Assembly (NCBI RefSeq): GCF_001949145.1
Contig: NW_019091357.1
Span: forward strand, 248,001 to 312,000
Length of the DNA stretch: 64,000 nucleotides
From: Acanthaster planci
Taxonomy: Eukaryota
Direction: 5' to 3'
Numbering within the stretch: position 1 is the stretch's first letter; each line of letters opens with the position of its first letter. The notes under the pieces are model-generated. The model saw only the letters and a list, made by a program, of their open reading frames with translations. It ran no database searches and was not told the DNA's origin. A program made the position numbers and the translations under genes. Of the stretch, positions 1-14,835 are shown piece by piece.

Positions 1-3000
1 GACATCAAAAACACCGTCCAGTTTTTATGGATGGTGTCTTCATGCAGCTACTGATCACTGGAAGTTCACTCTAATTGACACATTTTAGTGTACAAGTCTG
101 GTAACACAGGTTCTCAAGTAATAATATGCATAGTACAGGGAATACCGGTACATCCATGTTTCATGTGTACATGTACGTGTACATGACATGTACGATTGTA
201 GGCCAACATTGTGCAAAGCCAGACAAAATTACGTTCTCAGCTGGTTGCAAATACCGTACATGTGCCTTCCAGAAATCTGGCAGTCAACATGACTACAGCT
301 ACAATGTAAATGTGCCAGTATTATCTTACCTGACATGTGTCACATGTAATACACATTTTACATGTATGTTCCTTGCCCTTCATACTTGACCATATCAGTC
401 ACACTATGGTCATACGTGCAATACATGTACATGTACATGCATGATGCATCAAACTGTGTGAACGTACATGTTTGTGTACTGTACAGTGTTTGTACATGTA
501 CATGTACGTCCTCACTAATCACAGACCAGTCAAAATAACCAGTCTAGAAATGAACTGGCCACAGCAGAAGTTACATGTATCAACAACAACACATCATTAG
601 CATCAACCTTCTTGACATCTCTAGCCTGCCAAATCAATCACAGTTTGATCCATGACCATTCATTTCAGCATTGCCTCTTAAACTCAGCTTGCCAGCTCAA
701 CTCCAGACAGTAATTAACATTCAGCCAGCCTGCTTTGTAATAATGGTCAGCTGTGAAATAATCACACAGCCAAAAGAATACTGCAAGAACTCTGAACTTG
801 AAGTGCATGCATGTCTCGTACTTATAATAAAAGAATGAATCATCGTCACCAACAGTATGGTGACGAGTGTGTATGATTTGAGGACTGTGTATTATTGTAC
901 ACTGATGGTGAGATGAGCTTCACTGAGATTCTTGTCAATGTGTGGCGTGATGTCATACATGTATCAGGCCAGGAGATCTGTTCTGCACATTACGTGGGGC
1001 TGTAACATGGCTGAATACTTCTGTAGGGGACTGTATGGCAAATATAAACAGAGAGAAAGGTAGAGTACATCGAATAATATACACGCACAACACATGCAGG
1101 ATACATGTACATGTTGTATACTTTCCTGTCGGTCTAGAAATGTAAACAACAGTTTTCTCTGTTAACTTTTATCGCGTAAGTGCAGGGTAGAAGATGGGTT
1201 CATATACATGTAAATCAGTATTGTGGAAATGAATGCAAATGTGAATCTGATATCATAGTGTATTCACTGTGAAATTTGCCAAAGTTGAAATGTGATAGAC
1301 TTGGCACAAAACTCATGAAGTAATTATAAATTCTCTACTTGCATTTCCTTTTCTCTACATGTATGTTACAGAGTGAATTGTAGCGGGTAGCATCTTCTAA
1401 GCCACTTTAAACAAGATTCTATTTGTTCCTTCCTGTCTGCTCACAGTTCTCCGACGTTTCCTCTCTACTAACAATCAATTTGCTAGACTCTACAAAGTGT
1501 CCCGTGTAACATCCATTGCAGTTACGACACATCTGCCCAGATGAAGGTTTGAATTCCCAGTGCAGAGCAATTGGCAATTCAGCAAATGTGTAATACATGT
1601 ACATTAAAATCTTGGCCATACATGTATGTTGTAAAATTAAACATTCTTTTTAAGCTAAACTGTGCCTGATATACATGTATGGAGTACAGTACATGTACAT
1701 GTAAATGTTTCCAAAAACTGATATTCTTGGTAACATGGATACCTTTTTTTGCATAATTGTTCTCATATTTTAATGGCAAGCATAAGATGTTACAATGTAC
1801 TTGATGGCAGCAAAATTCTGAATATCACAGTTTGACCCTGTTTGTTGCCTCACCACACTTGATAACTGAGGCACCTTAATTTCTCCACATACACGTGTAC
1901 CGTACATGTACAATGTATGTGTGTCAGTACATTATGAATCCATTAACCCTAACAGTGTGGCATATCATTTGGCTCAGAGGACTCAGGACAAAATAATACA
2001 CAGAGGTCTGAGCCTGAAGGACCTAGCCCTACAAATAACTACTTCAGGCTAGGGCACTTCCATTGTTACTGGTACAGAGAACAATGAAGTCACGCATGCA
2101 TAGTGCCACAGCACTGTACAGGATGTATTGCACATTGTCTTATCTATTTTATTTTATGGCTTCAGAGAACAATAACGTCATGTATTCATATAAGCCACAG
2201 TGATGTACACTACATTTTACTCTTACCTGTAGGGTAAGTAGTAATTGTTAGTATGATGTAGGGTTAGGGTTAAACAAACATGAAGTCCTTGTATACATTG
2301 TAAGTTTGCTGTTCTTAAGATGCTCACAGTCATATCCTTGTGTCCACAGCAAATCGATTAGGATGTTTTGACTAATGGGAAATTGAAGCTTATTGAAGAA
2401 ACCACAAGTGGAAGTGAGTTTTTTGAAGCAAATATTTTGACAAGGTTTTTCTTCTGAAAGCTGTTTTTAGGGCAAAGTCTTTTGACAACAAGATGTCTGG
2501 ACTGCAATAAGCTGAGCACATCTGGTCTGGCACTGATCAATTTTTTCCCGAGAATGACTTTTTTCCCTTCTAATTTAAGCCTTATCTTGAACCTTAACGG
2601 TTCCCTGATACTTAAGGGACCATGAAATGTAGGAGATTGGGGAAGGATGGAAATTTAAATCAGACCTACTTGAGGATTTGACCTTCAGAAGAATTGTGAC
2701 AACACTATCTGCTACAAACACCAGCAAGTGTCTTTAACTTATAAATACTAGTATAATATGCACCTGTAGGTAAAAGATGTAAGGGAACATCTCAAAAAAT
2801 ATCCAAGTTTTATTTACAGAAGTTCTGACTGAAATACAAATACATTAATATTGTCAAGTATGAGTGACCATGACCTGGCATCTGCATTGTTCCCAAATTG
2901 GAGACAACTACCTTTTATGCACATGTTGGTCGTATCTGCATAAAAAGAAATGTCGCTCAATCACTCTGATCAAGCTGAGCTAGTCAAGTTTGGCTGTACT

Positions 3001-4279
3001 CTCATCAAAAACTTGAGTCTTGCATGTATCATGTACAAGTACATACCACTGACTTCCTTATGAGCTAAACATAACTTACCATTTGTCCACCAGGGCACAG
3101 ACAAACACCACAAGTGTTGAGCCAACACTTCCCACCACTTACCCATCTCCTCCTCAAAGAGGACAAACAAGGTCTGAATCCTTCATTTAGCTCAGCCAGT
3201 TCACAAAATCTCACCTCACAAACTATCACCTCAGCTCACCAATGATTCAAGGATAATCCCAAGATCTACACAAGAACATCAACGTCCAATGTCTAAGCTC
3301 AAATATCACATCAGAAACGTTGCTATACTATGATCATTCACCGTAAACACTGAGATATGAAGATGAGTATTTCCAAGGCACCCTGGCACCAAAGACAAAT
3401 AAAAAAACCACAGTCAGTGACTCAACTACTTCCTGGACATATCTGCGAAATACACAGGCCAAACCAAGACTTTTTGACAGCAAACCCCCACCCCCCCCAT
3501 CTTGTCCCTCCGTCAGGAAGACAAGACGTAAAAGATGACAGGAAATCAGTTGGAGCAGCTGAAATTGAACCTTTCAACTGGGAGAACCATGGCAAATTGG
3601 GGTTTCCTCTCACCACTTGTCCCAATGGGTCCCAAACTACTTTCTTGGGAGTGATTCTCATTTAACAAACCCCTTCAAAAATGATAATAAAATTATACAA
3701 TGATGCGTCTGCCCTCCATTATCTTGTCTGATGACAGAGACATCTGGTGAATACAAAGGCCAGAGAGAGTTGTCGAGTTGTTGACAATGACTGAGTGGGG
3801 CACTACAGACATACACATGTATAGAGCAATAAGAGGTTCTTAAGATTCTGTCAGAACCTTAAGAATTGACAACGCTCTGGAATGAAATGTTCAGCTACCC
3901 TTGACACTGAAAGCAAGCTACATGCACATGTACATGTACTCCTCAGTCTTGCAAACAGGGGCAGATTGTCGAAGATCATCACCATCAAGAATCTGTCTTT
4001 CCTAATGCAAATGAATCTAGTAGTTTTTGGTGCTTTGCAGAGTCCAAGAACCCCAATCCAGCTATTGTCGTCATTCTGGTACATGTACACTGTCAAAATC
4101 AGCTGCAACAGGGTACTGACAAGTTAGAGTACATGTAGTTTGGGAGACAGGATGACATGCCTACAGAAGTCATACTGTACATTTAGGTTAAGAAGGGGTG
4201 ACAGGAACCAGTCTAAAAGCATTCAGCAGTGTTTAGAATCACTAACACCATAAAAAGTGTTCTATTCGCTCTTTGCACA

Positions 4280-4470
4280 CTGCCGCCACAGGCATGCAGA
4301 GCCTCGATCTGGCAGCTTTACGCAATAAATATAGCCAGTTCAGTGATTCCTGTGTATGTTGCAAATGTAATTTTGCACGTGCTGCTTTTTATACCATGCA
4401 ATTGGACAAAGTGATTCTGACGCGACTGCATAAGCTGCCAGTTCGAGGCTCTGCATGAATATGGTGGCAG
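4280..4470. mobile_element. Short MITE-like inverted-repeat element
   Basis: catgcagagcctcgatctggcagctt (4293-) pairs with aagctgccagttcgaggctctgcatg (-4457). Weaker complementarity extends to 4280/4470. The ~100-bp spacer is non-coding. Confidence 0.6.
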
Positions 4471-5329
4471 CAAAGAGTGGATCATCCTCCTGCACAGGAT
4501 GGGAACGAGTATTTTTGTAATACAGCAACAATGTCCTTCCGGTTGGAGCTCGCTACATGCATACACATTGACTCAGCCCTACAGTATACATGTACATACA
4601 TAAATAAGAAACCAACGCAGAATAATACCAGTATACATGTAAAAAACAGTTTAAGTAGAAATACCACCATGAGGTACACTAAAGGCAACCCCAGGTAAAG
4701 TAAAGCAGTTATACATGTATTTTCTAATCAAATATTGATGCCTCTTATAATTAGGCAACACAATGCCATCTGCTATGCCAATGTCTCTTTTAATTCATGA
4801 AGACAATTCAGTATTACCTCTCTGCAGACAGAATCTCATTCTTCAAAGGCAAAGAACCAAATCTGTGACAAAAACAACAGAACAAGAAGGTCAGTCTTAA
4901 GTCAACAATTGAACAAGTTTTGAAAAATAATGAGTCCAGCACCAACTACAAAAGAGGAAAACTCAGGGAGAAAAAAAGGGAGGAAAAATGAATGATCATG
5001 GTATTATGCTGATGAGCCTTCGTCAGGAATGGTCATGAGCTTCAACTTCCTGAACCACACTCCCACGAGTCTACCAACAATGACTCTGGAAAAAACCCAA
5101 TGGCAAGCATGTCATTACCAAGATGGGATCTGTTGACAGAGGTACTAGTGAAGCATGTACATGTACAAAACACACTTGTCATAGCTATTGTCACTAAAGT
5201 GTACAAAAGTCAAAGATGAAACTGCAGCCTAGATGTGTGAAGTTACAAAAACCGGAAGAACAGAAACAGGTTAAAGTTGGAAATGTAAGGTATGCATGTA
5301 ACATCACAGCTCTGAGATGAATGTAACAT

Positions 5330-5650
5330 CAGGTGGTTTCTTACAAATAAAAAACCAGCACCATGAGACTGGAACGTACATGTCCAATTTAACATCCAAA
5401 CAGCTCCATCTACCTGCATCAGTGGGATTTGAACCCAGTCCCAACTCCCAAAGGAAGGTATGTCCATGCCCATTATAACATTCAAACAGGAACTTAGAGC
5501 TCCATCTGTCTGCATTGGTGGGATTTGAACCTAGTCCCTAGGTACATGTAACGTACATAGTTACCTTTATATGATCATTATAACATTTAAAGTGGAACTG
5601 ATGGTTTTGGCACCTGTCTACCGAGGTAGGAATTGAACCTGGTCTCAAAA
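5330..5650 (-). repeat. Degenerate ~100-bp tandem repeat (3 units) carrying Pol III B-box-like motifs
   Basis: gctccatct..ctgcat..gtgggatttgaacc.agtccc recurs at ~5403 and ~5498, with a weaker copy at ~5610. The first two read GGTTCAAATCC on the minus strand. Probably SINE-derived. Confidence 0.5.
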
Positions 5651-7376
5651 TAAGGTGCACAAGTACAGGTATACATCTTCATGTTCCTTAATGCACTGTA
5701 CATATGTACACATGGGAAATGAGAATGCAACATCCTGACAGTCTACATGTACACGTACAATGTAAGTGGAATATGGACCTACATGTACAATGTAGGTTCC
5801 CGAGGTAAAGATGTACATACAGCAAGGACAAAGCTAATTTAACCAAGTTCACTATTTCCCTTCTAATTTGTGCAATGCAGAAGCTCAAATTTAAACACAA
5901 GCACTTCAAGTTCCCTTGATTGTAAATATGTATGTACCTGTGCACGTACATGCACACATGTATCAAGCTGGGTGAATTTGTGTGCACACACATGTACATG
6001 TATACTGCCACTGTTCACATTCAGTTAGAAAATTGATGTTTGCACAATATGAAGACTGCCTTTATCACATTAAAAATTTTTCACAACTCACAATTGTAAA
6101 GGCTGGAATTTTAGGTGAGGCTATTCACTACTTTCATGCCACTTTCCTATTGAACAAATCCACAAAGAACCTACAGATGAATGAGTGTGGTGCTCCACAA
6201 AGCTAAGACTTGATAAAGGACCAATTGAACTGTGACCAACAGCTGAGCTTTAGTTAACAAGTGTGAGCTGAGCTTTAGCACCTACACAAGAGTACATGAG
6301 GAGATCTTTTGGCCGCGTTGCTAAACGCAAAGTGGTCCAATTTAATACATGTAGAGAAAAGAGTTCCAAATTAAACCTGGACATCATATGACACCCCACA
6401 TTTAAATCCTATAAATGAGACTAGTCTTAAAAATTTGTTTCCTAAATGAACGCTTTAATTTTTCCCTGCTAAATTTGTAAGACATGTTGTCACTTTCTAA
6501 AACTGGAAGCTACATGTAATATATCATAGTAGTGAAAAATTAGTGACACCCATGAAAGGAATTCTCGCCCTGCTAAAGTTGGACACAATGATAGGAAATT
6601 GTCATCCCAAGAAATGTGCCAAGCTTCCAGTCCTGGAAACAGGTTAACTTTAGCAAAATCCACAAAATTAAGCACCCTGACTTTGCAGTTAAGGCTTTGA
6701 CACAGCACTACTAGCGCCTGTTGTATGTTTGATTATGCTCACGTGAGCTTTATTGGATTTTTCTTCAGAAAGAGACTGCAAACCTTTCACAGCACAGTGC
6801 AGTCAGTACACTGACAGATTCTGAAAAGTTTCTCATGGAAATGATTAGGACAATGGTAGAAAAATTTTATCAAAGCAATGATAACAAAACAGACAATAAA
6901 AATGGAAAGTCAATCATTTCACTTGGTACAAGACTGAACCATGTTTACACAAAACATCGGACAAGTCAAATGTGCTGTAGCAGCATGAGTAACGACTGGA
7001 TTAACATAACCAGGATTTTAAATCACATACATGTACTTGATAACTGCATGGCTTCCTCCATGATTATTGGGAAAGAATTTCATACACAGATACCGCTTGG
7101 CACCATGCACACAAACCCTCCTTTTCATATGAAAAGTCAAATGAGGGTTTTCTAAATAAGAAGTTTACTACTAGTTGAGTCTAAGTAAATACGAGTCCCT
7201 AAGTCAATATTTTCATTTACCTACTCTACTAGGACATTTTATTGCCTAAGGTCACTGCAGGTTAAAAATTTTGTGGTGTCCATATATAGGATTCTTTCCT
7301 GTTGTTATGCATGCAGTTATTTATTCGAGATGCTGTTTTCTGCAGCGCTGACACACTGACAGCATCTCAGCAAAAT

Positions 7377-8045
7377 GGGTCGACTCATATCTGAATTAAC
7401 TCGTACCAAGGTCAACTTGTGCCCGAGTAAACTTGTACCCAGGTTGGCTCGTACCCGAGTCAACTTGTACTCCCCAGCAGAGCATTAATAGGACTTTGAT
7501 GCTCACATTTATTAAACGCATGTTCCTTTCACCAGTCGGATTTCGTTGAAAATCCCCACCATTTTCAGGACATAAAATGCATCTGATGCACGCCCCCTGA
7601 ACAGAAATGTTCCACAGACATACCTCTCCATCCAGTTAACGTATTTGTCAATTTTAAATTTACACATCCAAGGTTTTTTTTTTCGTATGGCTTGATTAAT
7701 TTGACGTAATAAAATCAGTGAATATACTTTAATAGTATCTAGTATGGTTCCACCATTGATGTCACAGCTTATTTTGGGGATATATAATAATTAATAATTA
7801 ATTAAGTTCAAAAGGGGAAGAAAAGTTCTCGTATATCAAAAATAAAAGCAAACAGAATTGTAATAATTGATAAAATGAAACCGTTCAGAGCAAAAAAGGA
7901 GAAAAAAAAAAGTAATCCTCATCGTGGGTACGAGTTGGCTGGGGTACGATTTGACTGGAGTACGATTTGACTGGGGTACGACTTGATTGGGGTACAAGTT
8001 GACCAAGGTACGACTTAACTCGGGTACGAGCTGACCCAAAATCCA
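7377..8045. mobile_element. Non-autonomous DNA transposon with inverted arrays of 16-bp subterminal repeats
   Basis: About 6 copies of gtcaactcgtacccga at 7377-7475 and about 7 reverse-complement copies (gggtacgagttgact) at 7926-8037 flank an AT-rich core with no ORF. Confidence 0.75.
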
Positions 8046-10557
8046 TCTTAGCACCAGTCGGAATATGCTCAAGTCATGTCAGCACGTCGAGTTCTCAAGA
8101 CCATTCTTAAAATCTTAGTTCTACAATTTATGCACAAATGACAGATACAAAAATACAGGCTCAAAAATGACTGAGTAGGAAACGAGAAAAATATCACCAC
8201 TCACCTCAAAGAAAAACCACAAAAACAGCCAGTCTTCCCATCTTCTGGGCTGACATTCTGAGGCGGTAGGCGCGGACGGAACACACATAAAATGAATGTG
8301 CACGTACGAAACAAATGACTACGCGCAGGCTAATTAATTCTAGGCAAGGCTAAAATGTTTAGAAGTTTTCGCTGGTAACAAACTACCATGCCAGATCACT
8401 TTTGTGGTTGCAAAACATGGGTACCAGTGAGAAATGTAAGGTCTAAAAAATTAAAGCCCAAAAGAGCCCAATTTATTTTGACAAATCAACAAAACCTAAA
8501 GAAACAGGCGCGGGAACATATACCTAGACAAATTACATATTTGGGCTATTAAACGCGTTTGGAGTGGCAATTGGGGTGATGTTAAAGTATGCGTTGTTTT
8601 GAAATAGACTGATACCCATGGTCCTGGGCATCAATTAGATGATTCTTGTCCTTGATAAGTCCGGACGCCAGGTGTCTCTTGTCTCCCGCGAACTGTAAAT
8701 GGAAACGCGTTTGACATTGTAGGATTTCTTCCCAGGCCGACATAAGATCTACAAGTTAAAACTAACGTTACAAGCCATCCGGCTTTTGAGTTGTTGTTAT
8801 TGCCTGTAACTTGTAAGGGTTAAGGCTTAAGCTTTTTAAGCAAATTTAATTTGTAATTGTATTGTTCAAAGTGTCATGATCATGTCTGGACAACCATTTG
8901 TTTGACCATATTGACTAGGCCTATAAATAATGCTATGAGCAAGTTTTAGTAGGCCCATGGAGTGTGTTTTATTTCTCCATGGTAGGCCCTAGGTTGCGCG
9001 TACATGTATTTCTAATCTGTGCAGATAACTCTGAGTTTAGTCTTTAAACGTGTGCAACTTGTTACGTTCATCCGGGGGCCTGGCTGGTGGCACAGAGATT
9101 CCCATTCCCTTCGAAGTCTAGACGAGAGCTGTCTGACACCAGTGAAAAACTGTTAACTGTTGCCTTGAGCAAAGGCTAGGATTCCAGCAGTACAAACTAG
9201 TACATGTGCCCTGGCCCCCCCATGAAATGTATGTGCCAGGCTGTACATCACGCAGCACACACGTCACGCTCGAAACAGACCCGACAAAATTGTGCAAAAC
9301 ATATAGTTGATGTTGGTCACTTATGTATGTCTGTTGCCTGTGGTTCATATATCCACACAATTTTATCACTGTTTTGGGCAAAATTTAAAAATTGCGTACT
9401 TTCAAAAATAGCGTTCAACAGCTATATGTGTGACAAAACATTGTCAAAAATTAATACATTAAAAACATATACATAAAACATTTGTTGTGTCATGTCAAAT
9501 CTTTTATGTATATGTTTTTAATGTATTAATTTTTGTTTGTCTTGTTTTCAAAAGCCAGTGGAAAAGTGTAATAGAATAAATAAATAAATAAAATAAGATT
9601 GTTGGAAGGCAAAAAGGAAAGAGGTCCATATATGGGCAACATTAATTTGCCTTTAAAATGTAATAACAGCCATGAAAAAGTGATAACACATCCTAAAAAG
9701 TGAAATTTAGCGAGCAAAATTCCCAACCATTTACTGAGAAAACACTTAAGACAAGTGAATTCTTTCAAGGTTCAAGGTTTTTCAGACAAGTCTGAAGTTT
9801 GTGCACAAAGGCATCAAGTGCTATCCATATTCCGTACAAGTATATGGAACTCTTTGCAGCACAAAACTCCCAAAAATCTGAGTCAAACTGAGAGCCAAAG
9901 TCTAGAAAACTTCACAAGGAAATAAGGAAAATTTAAGCAAGATACAACATTAGGCGAGACTTAAACATTGCACACTTGTAAGAATAACACCTGAGAAGCA
10001 CAACTGTTAATAACCAGCCAGTGCAAATGTGCACTCTCACAAATCTCCCCTTAGAATATATAACTAAAAGTGGTGCTCCTCCCTGATGTGAAAATTGTAT
10101 TCACCTACATGTATGCATGTGTTATTCTATGGTACATCAAGTACATGCTAAGTAATCATACGTTAAATTAATTCAAGCTTATTACTCAGAGTGATCCAAT
10201 TAAGTGATCGTAGTTTTGAACCCAGGAGGGGGGTTGTCTCCTCCACTCTGTCAGGCTCAGGATGTGAGCTTTTTGTGCGTGAGTTCAAGGGGAAATTTAA
10301 ATGTATGTGGTGGCAGGTATGTAGAGTACACCCATGTTTTCCTCCAGATGTTCAGAAGAGATTAATCTCATCTAACATTCAGAACTTGTGATGTTTTGTA
10401 ATTCAGAATGACAAATGAGACAACCAATGTAAGATTGCCTCAAGACAAGATGTGTCAAAAGAAACATCAGGGTATTCATTCTTTTGAACGGCAGCGAAGT
10501 TATGGATTCAATTACTTCCTCGCAGCAGATCCAGACAGTCAACGTGAAAAGTGCAGA

Positions 10558-12444
10558 ATGACAACCAACGATGCCCATAGACTTGCCCTCCAGTCCTTCC
10601 TCTCTCGGGGTGTCATGTCCATCACTGAGGTCAAAGAACTACACAAGACTGCTTGCGAGACATTCAATGGTATCATGTTATAGTAGCCTTGCAAGGTTTA
10701 GTCCCAATTGTATTATAAATTTCAATTTCAAAGATGTATTGCTTGTTTACAGTGGAAAAACTTTTCAGCCTGGAAGTTTGGCTTTATTCAGTAGTCCAAT
10801 ATTCTCGGCCATTTCTGTGTCATTCTATCTGTAAACTGTAAGATATTGCACATGTATCTGAAGGGAAATTTTTTTGTCGATGGAGCATTGAAATGTATGT
10901 TTAAACTTGCACTAGTCGTACATGTACATGCAGTGTTCAAAATAGGAACACTTGCCATATGTCACATCAAGATCAATCATATCAAATACAGAGAAAAATT
11001 TACTTGGTCTGTTTTGACAACAGTGCACTTTGAAAACACCATGGAATGCCTGCAGAGTTTCTTAGAGAAGATCAATGAGAACATCAGCAGTGTTGGCATG
11101 GAGATCCGATCCAAGAAGGATGAGGAAAAGGGCAAGCTTATGTTTGCTCTTGTCAGGACGACGGAGTCTGAGTTGGGCAGGCTGTCCTCGGACTATCAGA
11201 AAAACGATCTTGAGCTTTTCAAGAAAATTGTGAGTGTACTATTGTAGATTCAGAAATAAGATGGAATTCTTGCAGCTCCTTGAACAGGATAGAGTGGGTC
11301 ATTAAGTAAACATTTACATGTACTTATTTCTATTTTTCTTCAGCTGGATTTAATTGTTGAGTCCGAGTCTGGCAGTGCATCTTCTACAGATGTCTTGAAC
11401 CTGACTAGTCATCTTAAAGAGAAGATGTCAAAACAAGAAGCACAGAAAATCCTGAGCAGACTTATCAAAGAAAAATGGCTGACAGAGGTAATACACAACA
11501 CCATCCTAGGAATGAAAAGGCAACTTTTGTCAATCAGACATAATTTTCTCTTCCTTTTTTTTATTATTTTCTTTTAAGAGTCAGGGTGAGATTTCGTTAT
11601 CACCAAGATCAATGATGGAACTTGAGCACTACTTGGCCGATGTCTATGAGGAGGATGTTAGATATTGCCACCTGTGTAAAGAAATAGCTCTAAAGGTAAA
11701 GCTAGAGTATAACAGTAAATTAAATGATAAGGGAGGTTAGGGCCTGCGAGAAATGTTGTCTACAATCACCTACCCTCCCACCAATGCACCCAAAAATGAG
11801 TTTTCAACCCTGTAATAATTTTCTATTCAAAAGTCCATTTGGTTTGATCTGTCTGATTATTTTTTGGTTCATCTCTAGGGTGAGTTATGCTCCTGTGGGC
11901 TGAAGCTGCACAGTTTCTGCGCTGCTCGTCTCTTTCGGGGGAAAAGTGACTTCAGATGCCCTGGCTGTGAAGAAGTCTGGGATTATGACATTCCTTTGGA
12001 TGAAAGAGGTTGGTGAATATGCTCAGTGCGTTTTGACACCGGGTGTATATCCAAGTCCCTTCCGGTTAGACCAATATCAGTCCAATATTTTCCCAGCTTT
12101 ATTAACTTCTTGTGAGATACACTCGAAGCTCATTGATAAGAGGTCCTTGGGACTTTGTTTTATCTCATTTTCATTTCTGATAATACAAGGTTCCTGTTAT
12201 AACAAGGTTGTCTACAAAGGATTGGGACCTAAAAATGACATTGGTATAAGCAGAATGTTGTTTTAGCAGTAATCTTAGAAATGAAGTTTGATGGTGTAAC
12301 ATTTCCACATTTGTTAAAAATCAGAGGTCATTTGTGGAATCAAGTGATTTGACGACTCTTTTTCTTTGCAATTTGTCCACAGCTTCCAACAGTGCAACTA
12401 GTAAGGACACAGTGACAGGACGCAAGAGAAAAGAACGGCTGTGA
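10558..12444 (+). CDS. NSMCE1: Smc5/6 complex non-SMC subunit NSE1 (winged-helix + RING-like), ~256 aa, 6 coding exons
   Basis: Exons 10558-10669, 11024-11229, 11344-11487, 11579-11695, 11879-12008, 12383-12444 are all GT-AG with consistent phases. The protein has N-terminal HRLALQSFLSRG, EKWL..GEISLSPRSMMELEHYL, and the zinc finger CHLCKE..CSCGLKLHSFC..CPGC..W. Confidence 0.93.
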
Positions 12445-13552
12445 ATCAAACTGTTAACATCACGCTACAACTCACATCATTTACCTGACACATCATTGAA
12501 TACCAAGAGATGCCACTACTGGGCAAATCTCTGATATAAGCAGCCCCTTGGGATTGTAGTATCAGGACAAATATTAAGATGCACTGTCGTTTTGTCAGGT
12601 AGGCAGGGACAGTGCATGACATTTGATATGTGACATCATGTGTCATGCTCCTTGTGGACTCACAGTGCTGCAGTGACAGTCTGGGACAGTGTCTTACTAG
12701 CAAAATCTGAGCTACAAATGTATGTCAAAAACGAGCATTCTTTCAGATTTCTCCATTTCTATTGGTTAACGAAAACATCTCACAACTCCTTTGTGATCAA
12801 TTTACCAGGTCATTGGTCTCTGCAGAAGTTTGCAGTTTGAATATACATCCTCATGTAAGCTGGGGTTTAGTCACTTAGGGTTTTTATTGATGTAGGGTCG
12901 AGTTTGTAAAGAAATTTTCAGAATTCCTGCTTTGGTTAACTATAAAGTTTTTCTTTAATGCCTGCATAATTTACATCACTTCAGGGCTTTTGCAAAAGTC
13001 ACTTTACAATTTAAACCTCTTAAAATGAGATTTGGTCCTCTTTGTGAGTGGATAGTCAGTTTAATGGATTGGCCAAGCTCATTCTGGCCTTCTCTGGACA
13101 CCAGACCATGACATCAAGAAAATGACGCCTTAAGTTTAAACAATCTAGAAAGTTTCAAAATACAAGTATTTTTATGAGGCATACATATAGTACCATTTAT
13201 TTTCCAACAGTATTTTCTCTAAGCATTCCAACAAAAGTGCTTTGAACAAATAAATTGTAAAAAGCAAAATACAAATCGAGCTACCTTTCACTCCAACAAG
13301 TAACGTCTCAAAATATGTGAAACATTTTTCCCTTTTTGAGTTAGTTACAACAAAGCTTTCCTGTGAACACAACAAACCTTAAACCAATTTTTCTTCTTCG
13401 GATGTCAAATGCAGGAACTTGAAATTTGTAAATTCTAAAGACAAAATGATGTTTTGAAAGCAATTACATGTATATCCTAATTAAAAGAAGAAAAATTTCA
13501 GAGCTCTGCTTTATGGAATAAGTATTGAAACATACATGTACATCTATTCTAA

Positions 13553-14361
13553 GACCCATTTCAAATGTCGTGCTTATGTCGTGTCAAATAAAATTCCATT
13601 GAGCATGAAATGAGCATGGCGTAAGCATGGTGGTGGTTTCAATGTTGAACTTGATTTAAAAAACCCAATCGAACTTAAATAATCCAACATGGTGGACCAA
13701 CACAACAGGTGATTTTGCAATTTTTCAGCCTGAGTCACAAGGAAAACGAATTTTTTCCTAAAAAAAAACTTGAGTCCTTTTTATTCTGGTATGGTTCCCA
13801 GCAATCTAGCAGTGACATCTCCATAAAGTATCACCCAGGTAAACAGTCCCATATTTGGGAGTCTTATTCCGACATTCAGACAGGATTTTTAGTTTTAAAG
13901 GTCATCTTTGAGTATATCTTATCTGTAATCAAGCAGGAATTTAAAAGAGAAATGGTGTAACTCGAACCCCAATCTCCCCCGAGCTCCGTCTTGCAAGGTT
14001 GCCCTGTGCATTTCGAGAAATGTCCATTTTAGTGGCCATATTTATTGATGTGTTTGTTGGTTATTTTTCAACTCTACTACATGTGAACATTTGCATTCTT
14101 AATTATCAACAAAGTTTAGGACCAACTTCGAATAGAAATTGTATTCAACTCCGCAGTAGCATGACATTTGAAATCACATCATGATTCTGCCGTACTTGAT
14201 GACATAAGCATGGCAGACCCTGTCGCCAAAATCCTCTGCCATGCTGAAATCAATTTGCTGAGCCAAACTGGTTTTCAAATGTGCCTATGCCATGCCGAAT
14301 ACAAAAATCAAGTTGAAAACTGTATTCGACACGGCATAAGCATGACGTTTTAAAACAGGCC
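13553..14361. mobile_element. PIF/Harbinger-type MITE (~810 bp)
   Basis: Imperfect ~38-bp TIRs: gacccatttcaaatgtcgtgcttatgtcgtgtcaaata and tattcgacacggcataagcatgacgttttaaaacaggcc. TAA flanks both sides (13550-52, 14362-64), the 3-bp TSD typical of this superfamily. Confidence 0.7.
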
Positions 14362-14835
14362 TAAGGTTGCTGCTTTTTAAGAAAATGAGTAAGAACGTTG
14401 CCAGGAGTGGGGATCTGAATCTTTGACCTCTTCAAAAGCATTCCAGTACAGAGAGTCATGTTGGCAGTTTCCCAGTATTCTGAAAACAGTGACTTGTTTT
14501 ACTAGTAAAAACAATTAGCACAGGGCTGAATTGGTATTTGTCAGAATGTAGCCAGTGGAAGCAAAAATGAAGACACCCGAACTGGGCCATTTCCCTAAAA
14601 AAGCATTCTTTAATTATATGTATGGTAAGTTGGTAAAAGGACAGCATGTACAAGTAAGACCAAATATCAAATTCTGGACTCTCATTCTAAAAATCTGTCC
14701 AATGAAAATCTGATAAGTAGTGATCTCAATAAATCGTCGGTACAAAAATGTGAATTGCTAGATCAGGGTTCTTGGAAGCTAAAAAAATACCGCAAGGTGG
14801 TTCTCGAAATGAAGCGATCAAGCTGCAGATGGAAG

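Noticed and set aside
100..6100. Dense TACATGTA/TGTACA palindromes
   Set aside because: They occur throughout the window's non-coding DNA without fixed spacing, so I treat them as a compositional trait rather than a local element.
7377..8045. Regularly spaced repeats as a CRISPR array
   Set aside because: Head-to-tail units with no unique spacers, no cas genes, and a eukaryotic context.
10408..10557. 50-aa N-terminal extension of NSE1
   Set aside because: An acceptor (cttcctcgcagcag) lies just upstream of ATG 10558, and family similarity starts there.
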